Positions 17,745 to 28,079 are shown, numbered from the stretch's first letter. The stretch: 64,000 nucleotides of DNA from an uncultured Alphaproteobacteria bacterium (GCA_944391705.1 CALXUN010000002.1:8279-72278); one strand, 5' to 3'. Notes: generated from the sequence alone by a model not told the origin. Made by a program: numbers and translations.

Positions 17745-20363
17745 TTACATATTGAAGTTATAATTTCCTTCGTATGCCAGCCAATAAAGCTTTTCGATTT
17801 CCTCAATCAGCGGATAACGCGGGTTGGTACCGGTGCACTGGTCATCAAAGGCCAGTGTCGGCAGCGTTTTCATCGCTTCGGTGAAATCTTCTTTGGAAAT
17901 ACCCCATTCCTTAATGGAAAGCGGAATATTCAGTTCTTTTTTCAACCCTTCAATGGCTTTAATCAGGTTATCGACCTTTTCATCGTCGGTTTTGCCTTTA
18001 AGCCCGATTCCCTCGGCAAAAGCAGCATAAGCGGCTTTGGCGTTCGGATAACGGTACTGCGGGAAAGCACATTGCTTAACCGGGCAATCCGTTGCATTAT
18101 AGCGGATAACCTGCGAAATCAGCAACGCATTGGCAAAGCCGTGCGGAATATGGAAAGCAGCACCCAGTTTGTGCGCCATGGAATGACAAACGCCTAAGAA
18201 AGCATTGGCAAATGCCATACCGGCAATGGTCGCCGCATGATGAACATGCTCACGGGCCTTGGCATCTCCTGTCTTATAAGAAGTCGGCAGATAGTTCAAA
18301 ATCAAACGGCCGGCTTCAACCGAAAGCCCGCGGGTATATTCAGTTGCCATAGATGACACATACGATTCCAAAGCATGCGTCATCACGTCAATACCCGATG
18401 CCGCACACAAACCTTTCGGCATGGTCAAGACCAAATCGGTATCAACAATTGCCATGGAAGGTGTCAAAGCATAATCGGCAATCGCATATTTAATACCGGT
18501 TGAATCATCGGTAATAATCGAAAACGGCGTCACTTCCGAACCGGTACCCGAAGTTGTCGGGATAGCCACCAACTCGGCTTTCTGCCCCAATTGCGGAAAT
18601 TCAAAAATACGTTTGCGGATATCCATAAAGCGCATCGCCAGATCTTCAAATTTTAATTCCGGATGTTCATACATAATCCACAAAATTTTGGCTGCGTCAA
18701 TCGGCGAACCGCCGCCCAAAGCAATCAGCACATCAGGGGCAAAAGAATCAACCATGGCCTTGGCCTTGTTAATCGTTGTCAAATCCGGATCCGGACGCAC
18801 GTCACTGAAAATTTGGCATTGAATGCCTAAAGGTTCCAGAATATCGGTTACTTTGCGGGTATAGCCTAAATCAAACAGCGATTTATCGGTAATGATAAAG
18901 GCGCGTTTTTTGCCTTCCAGCTCTTTTAAGGCAAAGGAAAGGCTTCCCGGCTTGAAATAAACTTTCGGCGGAACTTTGAACCACAACATATTTTCTTCTC
19001 TTTTTGCAACATTTTTAATATTCATCAGATGTTTTACTCCCACATTTTCACTAACCGAGTTTCCGCCCCATGAGCCGCAGCCCAAAGTCAACGACGGTTC
19101 AAGCCTGAAGTTGTAAATATCGCCGATAGCACCCTGCGATGACGGACAGTTAATCATCACGCGGCCGGTATGCAAACGGTGACCGAAAGTTTTAATTCGT
19201 TCATCATTGGCAGGATCGGTATAAAGAACCGAAGTATGTCCGTTGCCGCCGAATGTGACCAGCTCTTTGGCACGCTTGGTTGCCGCTTCAAAGTCATCAA
19301 CTTTGTACATAGCCAGAACCGGCGAAAGTTTTTCGGCCGAAAACGGTTCTTCTTTGCCGACTTTGGAAACTTCCGCAATCAGGACTTTGGTTTCGGGAGC
19401 CACTTTAATATCAGCCATAGCGGCAATTGTTGCGGCTTTCTGGCCGACGATGCCTGAATTTAACTTGCCGTCAATCATAATAACTTTGGCAAGCTTTTCT
19501 TTTTCTTTGGCCGACAAAATATAAGCACCGCGTTTTAAGAATTCAGCCTTAACGGCATCATAAATTTCTTTAACAACCACGACGGATTGTTCGGAAGCGC
19601 AAATCATGCCGTTATCAAAAGTCTTGGACATCAAAATTGAGCTGACAGCCATCTCAATATCTGCCGTCTCATCAATCACAGCCGGTGTATTGCCTGCGCC
19701 CACGCCCAACGCCGGTTTTCCGGAAGAATAAGCGGATTTCACCATTCCCGGACCACCGGTTGCCAAAATAATGTCAACTTTCGGATGCTGCATCAGATAT
19801 TGCGTACGCAAAATCGTCGGCTCGTCAATCCAGCCGATAATATCTTCCGGCGCACCGGCTTTAACAGCTTCTTCAAGCATAATACGCGCTGTTTCAACCG
19901 TGCATTTTTTGGCCCGCGGATGCGGTGAAAAGATGATACCATTGCGGGTTTTCAAAGCAATCAAAGTCTTAAAAATCGCCGTTGAAGTCGGATTGGTTGT
20001 CGGTATAACGCCGGCAATCACACCCAAAGGTTCGGCCATTTTAATCAGACCATTGTCCTTATCTTCTTCAATAATCCCACAGGTTTTAGTATGTTTGAAT
20101 TTATTATAAATATATTCCGAGGCAAAATGGTTTTTAATAACCTTGTCTTCGACAACGCCCATACCGGTTTCTTCTACTGCCATTTTAGCCAGCGGAATTC
20201 TCAAAGAACTCATTTTCAAAGCCACGCGGCGGAAAATATAATCCACCTGTTCTTGAGAATACTCTGCAAATTTCTTTTGCGCCTGGCTGACTTTTTCAAC
20301 CAATTCATCAATATATTTTTTTTCAGCCGTTTCATCAACGGCCTTAACTTCTTTCTGAGCCAT
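17745..20363 (-). CDS. adhE: Bifunctional acetaldehyde-CoA/alcohol dehydrogenase
   Basis: 872 aa. N-terminal ALDH domain and C-terminal Fe-ADH domain with GGGSPIDAAK and the His-rich iron site. Confidence 0.95.
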   Translation of the reverse strand: MAQKEVKAVDETAEKKYIDELVEKVSQAQKKFAEYSQEQVDYIFRRVALKMSSLRIPLAKMAVEETGMGVVEDKVIKNHFASEYIYNKFKHTKTCGIIEEDKDNGLIKMAEPLGVIAGVIPTTNPTSTAIFKTLIALKTRNGIIFSPHPRAKKCTVETARIMLEEAVKAGAPEDIIGWIDEPTILRTQYLMQHPKVDIILATGGPGMVKSAYSSGKPALGVGAGNTPAVIDETADIEMAVSSILMSKTFDNGMICASEQSVVVVKEIYDAVKAEFLKRGAYILSAKEKEKLAKVIMIDGKLNSGIVGQKAATIAAMADIKVAPETKVLIAEVSKVGKEEPFSAEKLSPVLAMYKVDDFEAATKRAKELVTFGGNGHTSVLYTDPANDERIKTFGHRLHTGRVMINCPSSQGAIGDIYNFRLEPSLTLGCGSWGGNSVSENVGVKHLMNIKNVAKREENMLWFKVPPKVYFKPGSLSFALKELEGKKRAFIITDKSLFDLGYTRKVTDILEPLGIQCQIFSDVRPDPDLTTINKAKAMVDSFAPDVLIALGGGSPIDAAKILWIMYEHPELKFEDLAMRFMDIRKRIFEFPQLGQKAELVAIPTTSGTGSEVTPFSIITDDSTGIKYAIADYALTPSMAIVDTDLVLTMPKGLCAASGIDVMTHALESYVSSMATEYTRGLSVEAGRLILNYLPTSYKTGDAKAREHVHHAATIAGMAFANAFLGVCHSMAHKLGAAFHIPHGFANALLISQVIRYNATDCPVKQCAFPQYRYPNAKAAYAAFAEGIGLKGKTDDEKVDNLIKAIEGLKKELNIPLSIKEWGISKEDFTEAMKTLPTLAFDDQCTGTNPRYPLIEEIEKLYWLAYEGNYNFNM

Positions 20364-20716
20364 AATCGCTTTTCTCCATAATTAAATTTTCCTGCGCCAT
20401 ATAATGACAGCACCTTATAAAATACACAACCTAAATTATAGGACAATCCAATCAACAATTATTTCTAAATTGTCGTAAACACAAACGCCATAACACAGAT
20501 TCCTTAAAAAAATGGTATACAGACACCTGATTAAATCAAAACAAAAATCTTCCTGATTTCCCGGAGCAAGACCTGTTTAAAGAGAGCAAAAAAACGTACC
20601 GGAAGTATGCTCTCCTTTGCGCCAAAAGAATCTTTAAAGTTGCAAAAAAAAAAACGGTTTAGAATGACGCGTAAATCTTATTTGTTTTGTAATTTTTGTA
20701 ACTTTGGAGATTTTTT

Positions 20717-21553
20717 ATGAAACCTTGGTTTTCTTTATTCTTACGCAGAATGTTGCAGATGCGCCGTAACTTTCTGACGACGTGTACAACATTAGGTACA
20801 CGAGGAGAAAAGTTGCAAGCAGATGCGACTTTTTCCGGAAGAAACGAACGACCGCAGAACCGGACAGATGCGAAGCCTTGTTTGAGCGACGTGTACAAAA
20901 TGAGTACACGAGCGAAAAGAAGGCAAACAGATGTTCGGTTATCCGGTCGTTCTATGGTGGAGATGTTGGGAGTTTTAGCAATTATTGGAGTTTTAAGTGT
21001 TGGCGTTATCTCGGGCTATTCCAAAGCCATGATGAAGTATAAACTCAACCGACAAACAGAACAAATCGGTAGTATTCTAGATTATGTTCTGATTAATTCT
21101 GATAAGTTTAATCACGATACTTCCATAGCATTTATTTCATTATTATATAAATTGAATGCCATTCCGGTGGAAATGATAAGGGAAGATTGGATCTACGGCT
21201 ATGCTTATGACATATTCGGCAATAAAGTATATCTGAATGACAATAATGATGGAAATAATATTTATTATAGTTTATCCGTTTCCATCAGTAAATACTCGCG
21301 CGAAATTTGTATGAATTTATACCAAATGGCCAAGCTCCGTTCTGCCAATTTATGGCAAACCGTGTTTAATAAAGACACCCAAAGTTCTTCCATGGAACAC
21401 ACCAACAGAGTATGGGGCGATTCTTATTGCAGCAAATCAGTTACTTGCCTCAAAGATTTAAGCTTAACACAAATGGACGAACTTTGTTCAGCATGTGACG
21501 ATTCTCAAACCTATTGTAGATTTTATATTTTATGGGGTCGGATCAAACCTTAA
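20717..21553 (+). CDS. Prepilin-like protein, paralog 2, with a duplicated leader module
   Basis: Identical mature N-terminus G|RSMVEMLGVLAIIGVLSVGVISGYSKAMMKYKLN. The 77-aa leader contains a tandem duplication of the leader module. Divergent C-terminal domain with a Cys cluster (CSACDDSQTYC). Confidence 0.6.
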   Translation: MKPWFSLFLRRMLQMRRNFLTTCTTLGTRGEKLQADATFSGRNERPQNRTDAKPCLSDVYKMSTRAKRRQTDVRLSGRSMVEMLGVLAIIGVLSVGVISGYSKAMMKYKLNRQTEQIGSILDYVLINSDKFNHDTSIAFISLLYKLNAIPVEMIREDWIYGYAYDIFGNKVYLNDNNDGNNIYYSLSVSISKYSREICMNLYQMAKLRSANLWQTVFNKDTQSSSMEHTNRVWGDSYCSKSVTCLKDLSLTQMDELCSACDDSQTYCRFYILWGRIKP

Positions 21554-21661
21554 AATTAAACATGAATATCACACAAGTCCATTTATAAATTTTGCAAAAT
21601 TGCAACCTCGCTTCTTATCAAGTCATTAAAAAAACAAAGACATTCTTACGTGTTATACCAA

Positions 21662-22125
21662 CCACCATCCGGTCAAGCCGCTTAAAAAGTTCGGATAACG
21701 AGTCAGATACGACGAACCCCTTTTTACATAAGAAGCACAAAGAATTAGACAGTTACGAAGAAAGCTTTCTTGTACCGCCAAACCAACGCCTGATTAAGCC
21801 GCTAAAAAAACAACAACCGCCCAAACACAAAGTCCGCCACCATTCCGTCAAGCCGCTTAAAAAGTTCGGATAACGAGTCAGATACGCCCCCTTTTTACAT
21901 AAGAAGTTCAGAGAATTAAACTGATACGAAGAAAGCTTTCTTGCACCGCCAAACTAACGCCTGATTAAGCCGCTAAAAAAAACAACAACCGCCCGGACAC
22001 AAAGTCCGCCACCATTCCGTCAAGCCGCTTAAAAAGTTCGGATAACGAGTCAGATACGACGAACCCCTTTTTACGCAGTGTACCCAAAATAGTACATAAG
22101 TAAAAAGGGGTTCAAGTAGATGACC
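21662..22125. repeat. Tandem direct repeat of about 175 bp, about 2.4 copies, ending in a hairpin
   Basis: Units begin at 21662, 21837 and 22009 (CCACCATYCCGTCAAGCCGCTTAAAAAGTTCGGATAACGAGTCAGATACG...). The last unit carries a 21-nt insertion containing GTGTAC-N8-GTACAT inside the hairpin AACCCCTTTTTAC...GTAAAAAGGGGTT. Confidence 0.85.
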
Positions 22126-22139
22126 GTTAGACGAACTTT

Positions 22140-23150
22140 TTAGAAGTGGTCGTCACATTTTTTAATCAACTCTTCAATATTTTCCGGCGGCCAACCCGGG
22201 GTTTCCATACCAAGATGAATGCCCATCTTAGCCAGAACTTCTTTGATTTCATTCAAAGACTTGCGGCCAAAGTTCGGTGTGCGAAGCATTTCGGCTTCGG
22301 TCTTCTGAACCAAATCGCCGATATAGACGATGTTATCATTTTTAAGGCAGTTTGCTGAACGAACGGAAAGTTCAAGCTCTTCAACCTTCTTCAAAAGATT
22401 ACGATTGAACGGCAGTTCTTCCTTAACATCTTCAACTTCATTTTCCGGTTCATCAAAGTTAATGAACGGTTTGAGCTGATCTTGCAAAATACGAGCCGCA
22501 TAAGCAACTGCATCTTCCGGAGAAACAACACCGTTGGTTTCAACAGTCAATGTCAGTTTATCGTAATCGGTAATCTGTCCGACACGGGTATTGTCTACTT
22601 TGTAAGAAACTTTTTTAACCGGTGAATAAATTGCATCAACCGCAATCAACCCAATCGGAGCATCTGCCGGTTTGTTCTGATAAGCCGGAACATAACCTTT
22701 ACCGGTATCCACGGTTAATTCCATGGAAATTTTTGCACCGGCATCCAGATTGCAGATAACATGATCCGGATTCATGATTTCGACATCATGACCGGTCTCA
22801 ATCATCGCAGCCGTTACCGTGCACGGACCTTCGGCTTTCAAAGTCATCATTTTCTGACCTTCGCTGTGAACGGCAACAGCCAGCCCTTTAACATTCAGGA
22901 CGATATCCGTCACGTCTTCGCGGACACCCGGAATAACTGAAAATTCATGCAGCACGCCGTCAATTTTGATAGCCGTTACCGCGCCACCCTGTAAAGATGA
23001 AAGCAAAACTCTGCGCAGAGCATTGCCCAAAGTCAGACCAAAACCTCTCTCCAGGGGTTCTACCACTATCTTAGCCTTATTTCCGCCTTCGCCGGAAGTA
23101 ACTTCTAAATTAGTTGGTTTAATAAGTTCTTGCCAATTCTTCTGAATCAC
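22140..23150 (-). CDS. rpoA: DNA-directed RNA polymerase alpha subunit
   Basis: 336 aa. NTD and CTD are typical of RpoA. Lies downstream of rpsK in the alpha operon. Confidence 0.95.
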   Translation of the reverse strand: MIQKNWQELIKPTNLEVTSGEGGNKAKIVVEPLERGFGLTLGNALRRVLLSSLQGGAVTAIKIDGVLHEFSVIPGVREDVTDIVLNVKGLAVAVHSEGQKMMTLKAEGPCTVTAAMIETGHDVEIMNPDHVICNLDAGAKISMELTVDTGKGYVPAYQNKPADAPIGLIAVDAIYSPVKKVSYKVDNTRVGQITDYDKLTLTVETNGVVSPEDAVAYAARILQDQLKPFINFDEPENEVEDVKEELPFNRNLLKKVEELELSVRSANCLKNDNIVYIGDLVQKTEAEMLRTPNFGRKSLNEIKEVLAKMGIHLGMETPGWPPENIEELIKKCDDHF

Positions 23151-23247
23151 CGGTATACCCTCTTTTCTAAGTTATATATGCATATATATTTATAAAAAAA
23201 ACATTGAAGCGGCGGAGATAAAAAACCTCCGCCAGCCAAAACTTATT

Positions 23248-23640
23248 TTAAACGCGACGTCTTTTTCTCAAACGGCAGCCGTTATGTGGAATCGGGGTAA
23301 CATCACGAATTGATGTGATTGTAAACCCGACAACCTGCAATGCTCTGATTGCCGATTCTCTGCCCGAACCCGGACCTTTGACTTCGACTTCCAAAGTTTT
23401 CATACCGTTTTCCTGGGCTTTTCTGCCGGCTTCTTCAGCGGCAACCTGTGCGGCATACGGGGTGGATTTACGAGAACCTTTAAAACCCTGTGCACCGGCT
23501 GTCGACCAGGCAACTGTGTTGCCCTGGGCATCGGTAATTGTTACTCTGGTATTGTTAAACGTAGAATTCACGTGGGCAACGCCGGAAGTGATATTCTTTT
23601 TTTCTTTTTTCTTAACACGTTGTGTTACTGCTTTAGCCAT
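23248..23640 (-). CDS. rpsK: 30S ribosomal protein S11
   Basis: Conserved S11 sequence and operon position. Confidence 0.95.
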   Translation of the reverse strand: MAKAVTQRVKKKEKKNITSGVAHVNSTFNNTRVTITDAQGNTVAWSTAGAQGFKGSRKSTPYAAQVAAEEAGRKAQENGMKTLEVEVKGPGSGRESAIRALQVVGFTITSIRDVTPIPHNGCRLRKRRRV

Positions 23641-23651
23641 TGCAACCTCGC

Positions 23652-24020
23652 TTACTTCTTCTTATTCGCAACTGTCTTGCGTTTACCTTTACGGGTACGG
23701 GCATTTTGCTTGGTGCTTTGTCCGCGTACCGGTAAACCTTTACGATGCCTTAAACCTCTGTAACATCCAAGATCCATCAATCTTTTGATGTTAACGCCAA
23801 CTTCGCGACGCAGTTCACCTTCCACCAGATAATCACGATCAATTACTTCGCGGATTTTGGCAACTTCTTCATCATTTAAGTCCTGCACGCGACGGTCAAC
23901 AGAAATTCCCGATTTTGCACAAATGTCTTGAGCAGTTTTTCTTCCGATGCCGAAAATATACGTCAGTGCGATTTCTATTCTCTTGGCCGTCGGAATATTT
24001 ACGCCAGCTATACGAGCCAA
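23652..24020 (-). CDS. rpsM: 30S ribosomal protein S13
   Basis: [10 protein letters not shown] start and conserved S13 sequence. Confidence 0.95.
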   Translation of the reverse strand: MARIAGVNIPTAKRIEIALTYIFGIGRKTAQDICAKSGISVDRRVQDLNDEEVAKIREVIDRDYLVEGELRREVGVNIKRLMDLGCYRGLRHRKGLPVRGQSTKQNARTRKGKRKTVANKKK

Positions 24021-24181
24021 ATTAACTCTCCATTTTCAATAAAATTAAAACATTTAAAAAGTTGATCACCACTTTTCAAAATTAAGCGGATTATATTCGA
24101 ATAATTCTTAGAGTCAAGAGCGTTTTTAACAAAAAATTCATTTTTTTCAAAAACAACCTCTGACCTGACTTTTCCGGCCGC

Positions 24182-24871
24182 TTATTCGGCAGCCTCATTG
24201 CCTTCCAACCCGAGAACCCGGGCAATTTTATGCGCCGTTGCCTCAATCGTGCCGGTTCCGTCAACACAGCTGAGAAGCCCCTTTTTCTCAAAGTACGGAA
24301 TCGTCGGATATGTCAACGAACGGTAATTAACAAGCCTGTTCTGCACCGTTGTCCGGTTATCATCCGCCCGGCGCGAAAATTCCGTGCCGCCGCAGACATC
24401 GCACACACCATATACTTTGGGCTTTTGAAATTTATCATGATAACCCTGTCCGCATTTCATACAGGTATAACGCCCCAAAATACGTTCCATAATGATTTCA
24501 TCCGGCACCTGAATTTCAACCACACGGTCAAGTTTCAAGCCCTTTTCCTGCAAAATACCTTCCAAAGCCTCTGCCTGCGGCAAGGTCCTTGGAAAACCGT
24601 CCAAAATAAAACCATTTTTGCAGTCACTTTCATCAATACGGTTGGAAACCATCTGAATAATCATTTCATCGGTGGCAAATTCACCGCGGTCAAGAGCCGC
24701 TTTTAAATCCCGCCCCAAAGGCGTATCTTTGGCAGCCTCACCCCGCAGCATTTCACCGGTCGACAAATGGCAGATATGCGCTTTTTCTTTCAAAATCCGC
24801 GCCTGCGTACCTTTACCGCAGCCCGGTGCTCCGGTAAAAACCACATGCAACCCTTGTCTGTTTTTATCCAT
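24182..24871 (-). CDS. adk: Adenylate kinase (long form with zinc-lid Cys4)
   Basis: P-loop GAPGCGKGTQ and lid CMKCGQGYH...CDVCG. Confidence 0.9.
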   Translation of the reverse strand: MDKNRQGLHVVFTGAPGCGKGTQARILKEKAHICHLSTGEMLRGEAAKDTPLGRDLKAALDRGEFATDEMIIQMVSNRIDESDCKNGFILDGFPRTLPQAEALEGILQEKGLKLDRVVEIQVPDEIIMERILGRYTCMKCGQGYHDKFQKPKVYGVCDVCGGTEFSRRADDNRTTVQNRLVNYRSLTYPTIPYFEKKGLLSCVDGTGTIEATAHKIARVLGLEGNEAAE

Positions 24872-24873
24872 GG

Positions 24874-26223
24874 TTATTTTCTTTTCTTATGGACGAGCGC
24901 TGCTTTTTTAATCAGCCCTTCATATTGATAGGCAATCAGATGTGACTGAACCTGCGTCACAAAATCCATCGTCACCTGTACCACGATGAGCAAAGTTGTG
25001 CCGCCCAAAACAAACGGAACGGATAATTTCGAAATCAGAATTTCCGGCAAAATGCACAAAGCCGTCAAATAAGCCGCACCCAGAACCGTTAAACGGGTGA
25101 TGACGTAATCTAAGTATTCGGCCGTATTTTTACCCGGACGGATACCGGCGATAAAACCGCCGTGCTTTTTCAAATTATCTGCCGTTTCTTCAGGATTAAA
25201 CACCACAGCCGTATAGAAAAAGGCAAAAAAGATAATCAAAAATGCATACAAAGCCAGATACAGCGGCTGACCGTGCCCGAGCCACTGGCTCATAGTCTGT
25301 GCCCAAGACGGACCGTTTTGAGCCGATAAATTGGCAATGGTTACCGGTAGCAACAGCAAAGAACTGGCAAAAATCGGCGGGATAACCCCGGTCGGGTTGA
25401 TTTTAAGCGGCAGGTGCGAACTTTCAGCCGCCGTCATCCGCATACCCATTTGGCGCTTCGGATACTGAATGACGATTTTACGCTGGGCGCGTTCAACAAA
25501 GACAATGATGTAAATCAATGCCAGAGCCATCACCAACAACATCAGGATAACCCCGAGCGACATTGAACCGATGCGGCCCAATTCAAACGTCTGCGCCAAA
25601 GCATTCGGGATGTTGGCAATAATACCGACGGTAATAATCAAAGACGAACCGTTGCCTACCCCGCGGGAAGTAATCTGATCACCGAGCCAGACCACAAACA
25701 TTGTACCGCCCACCAAAGAAACGATGGTCGTAAATTTGAACACAAAACTCGGAATAACCACCACCGATGCACCGGCGCCGGCACTCATGCTTTCCAGACC
25801 GACAGCGATACCGTAACCCTGGATAATCGTGATAAAGACCGTTAAAATCTTCGTATAGTGCGTTACCTTGCGGTGCCCGGCTTCACCCTCTTTCTTCAAC
25901 GCTGCCAATGACGGAATAACCGACTGACCGAGTTGAATGATAATGGAAGCAGAAATGTAAGGAAAGATGTTTAAGGCAAAAATCGTCATACGCGACAAAG
26001 CACCGCCGGAAAACATATTAAACATACCCAATATGCCGCCCGAATGCTGGGAAAAAATCTCCGACAAAGCTCTGGCGTCAATTCCCGGCAGCGGGATAAA
26101 CGTGCCCAAGCGGAACACAATCAGCGCCAAAATCGTAAACCATAACCTTCTTTTCAGTTCGTCAGCTTTGCTAAATGCGGACATATCCATATTTGCCGCC
26201 ATTTTTTCTGCCAATGATACCAT
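24874..26223 (-). CDS. secY: Preprotein translocase subunit SecY
   Basis: 10-TM SecY with the conserved N-terminal IPLPGID region. Confidence 0.95.
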   Translation of the reverse strand: MVSLAEKMAANMDMSAFSKADELKRRLWFTILALIVFRLGTFIPLPGIDARALSEIFSQHSGGILGMFNMFSGGALSRMTIFALNIFPYISASIIIQLGQSVIPSLAALKKEGEAGHRKVTHYTKILTVFITIIQGYGIAVGLESMSAGAGASVVVIPSFVFKFTTIVSLVGGTMFVVWLGDQITSRGVGNGSSLIITVGIIANIPNALAQTFELGRIGSMSLGVILMLLVMALALIYIIVFVERAQRKIVIQYPKRQMGMRMTAAESSHLPLKINPTGVIPPIFASSLLLLPVTIANLSAQNGPSWAQTMSQWLGHGQPLYLALYAFLIIFFAFFYTAVVFNPEETADNLKKHGGFIAGIRPGKNTAEYLDYVITRLTVLGAAYLTALCILPEILISKLSVPFVLGGTTLLIVVQVTMDFVTQVQSHLIAYQYEGLIKKAALVHKKRK

Positions 26224-26372
26224 TTCTTCTTCCTTAAATTAATTTTAAAACACACATAAGAAGGGCGTTAAAACCCTTTTTGCATACTCTAATACACAAA
26301 TTAAAAATTTATTGCAACAATTTTCTCTTTATCCTCAGTTTTTTACCGGAAGCTTACCAAGCGCTGTTGAGA

Positions 26373-26891
26373 CTATCCGTTTTCCGCCTGTTTGCCATGT
26401 TCCTCAGCCAAACGGACAAGTTTGGGGTCAGCACCGATAATCCGCCAACGTCTCACACCGGGCATAATCATATAATCCAAGGCGTTGCCTAAAAAAATAA
26501 AATGATACCACCCTTTCGGAATAACAAAATGGCGGCAGCCTTCCAAAAAGAGTTTGCCGACAGTAACCCCGGGGGCAATCTCAAATCCGGAAGCACCACT
26601 TAAATTAACCTCATCATATTTCAAGGCCGGAACCCGGGCATTGCGTGACGAACTTAAAATCAGACTGTTGATTTTGGCCTCCTCATCAATATGAAATTCA
26701 TCAGCCTGGTTAAGAAAAATCCGGCCGTATTTGCCTTTGGGAATATTGGCGCGATAGGTATTGTTTAAAATAAGGACATTGATTTTGACGCCGGGTTCAA
26801 TGTAAAAGCCTTTGGCACGACTTAAATCCACCCTTTCATAAGAGCCTTTTTCAATCGTCACGCCAAAAGTATCCTGCAGACTGAGCTTCAT
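26373..26891 (-). CDS. Hypothetical protein with an internal tandem repeat of about 60 aa, inserted between rplO and secY
   Basis: Repeat ERVDLSRAKGFYIEPGVKINVLILNNTYRANIPKGKYGRIFLNQ versus DEVNLSGASGFEIAPGVTVGKLFLEGCRHFVIPKGWYHFIFLGN. No known domain recognised. Confidence 0.5.
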   Translation of the reverse strand: MKLSLQDTFGVTIEKGSYERVDLSRAKGFYIEPGVKINVLILNNTYRANIPKGKYGRIFLNQADEFHIDEEAKINSLILSSSRNARVPALKYDEVNLSGASGFEIAPGVTVGKLFLEGCRHFVIPKGWYHFIFLGNALDYMIMPGVRRWRIIGADPKLVRLAEEHGKQAENG

Positions 26892-27409
26892 TTCCTTTCT
26901 CCCGCACGTCTGACATTATCAGAATATAAAAAAAACACCTGTTCGTCAATAATTTTATTAATTTTTAATCCGTCTCACCGCAAAGCAAGACGGATTAAAA
27001 GTTTTCCATTTACATACCGGATTTTTTATTTTGGCACAACGGCTTTCGGGGCTTCCGTTTGAGAGGTTGGAGCCGTTTGAAGCTGAGTTTGTTCTTCACT
27101 TTCCTCTTCTGCCTCAAGCTCCCCTTCTTCCGGCTCGTATTGTTTCTCGTCAATTAATTTGACCGAAAACCATTGCCGTCGCCAAAGGTGCCGAGTATAT
27201 CCCCGCAAACCCCGAATTGCTGGAAACGTATTTTGCTTTTTATTTCAATGTATCGTTATGGGGCGGCTTGTTGGCAATCGTACTGGCATTTTTGTATATA
27301 ATAAAACAACACCTTGCCAAAACCAAAACTTCATAAAACTAAGAGTACACTGTTCGCTGACAGTCTTTAGCAACACTTATCCTTAAAAAAAACAAGGATA
27401 TGCAACACA

Positions 27410-27447
27410 AAAAAGCGGAAGTTTTTCTTCCGCCTTTTTTATTGTAT
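27410..27447. terminator. Bidirectional intrinsic terminator immediately downstream of rplO
   Basis: GCGGAAG-TTTTT-CTTCCGC with T-runs on both strands. Confidence 0.7.
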
Positions 27448-27465
27448 CTGCCTGTAAGCTTTCGC

Positions 27466-27921
27466 TTAGGCAATAACGTTAACTTTGCCGCCGGCTTTTT
27501 CAACAGCAGCAACAGCAGCTTTGGAAGCTGAATTAACCGAAATGTTAACACTGCTGGTGATAGCACCGCGGGCAAGCAAACGAACACCGTCCATTTTCTT
27601 GGAAATAACACCGGACTTCAACAAAGCCTCAACATCAATGGCATCGGCAGTCAATTTGCCGGCATCAATGGCTTTTTGAATAGTGTCCAGATTAACAACC
27701 GCAAAATGAAGTGCAAACGGGTTTTTAAAACCACGTTTCGGCAAACGACGGTATATCGGCATCTGTCCGCCTTCAAAACCGTACTTGGCACCGCCGGAAC
27801 GGGATTTCTGACCTTTAACGCCGCGGCCGGCCGTTTTGCCTTTACCGCTGCCGATACCGCGTCCGACACGGATACGGTCTTTGGTCGCTCCCGGATTATT
27901 TTTCAATTCATTAAGTTTCAT
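27466..27921 (-). CDS. rplO: 50S ribosomal protein L15
   Basis: Conserved L15 sequence with the [15 protein letters not shown] region. Confidence 0.95.
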   Translation of the reverse strand: MKLNELKNNPGATKDRIRVGRGIGSGKGKTAGRGVKGQKSRSGGAKYGFEGGQMPIYRRLPKRGFKNPFALHFAVVNLDTIQKAIDAGKLTADAIDVEALLKSGVISKKMDGVRLLARGAITSSVNISVNSASKAAVAAVEKAGGKVNVIA

Positions 27922-28079
27922 TGTTCTTCACCTAACTAATTTTTAATTTTACTATAAAAAGTCTTGTCATAAACAGGTTTCGATAAGCAGGCCTGCTGTT
28001 GTCCAAACTGTAAGCGCCGTATACAAATAGATACACAAGCAATCAAATCAGACAACTTGAAGCCTGCTTTATAAAACCG

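Noticed and set aside
21592-21873. 93-aa ORF downstream of pilin-like gene 2
   Set aside because: Lies entirely within the 175-bp tandem repeat array and has repetitive low-complexity translation. Most likely non-coding.
21662-22125. Possible CRISPR array
   Set aside because: The repeat period of about 175 bp is far too long and has no unique spacers, and there are no cas genes. It is a tandem direct repeat, not CRISPR.
23315-23788. Antisense ORFs within ribosomal protein genes, for example 23315-23788, 28563-28943 and 30689-31111
   Set aside because: They lie opposite highly conserved r-protein genes, reflect codon-bias artefacts, and have no independent signals.
27026-27208. 60-aa acidic minus-strand ORF between rplO and the internal-repeat gene
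   Set aside because: Odd N-terminus (MRGYTRHLWRRQWF) followed by a poly-Glu stretch, and no clear RBS. It could be real, but the evidence is too weak to call.
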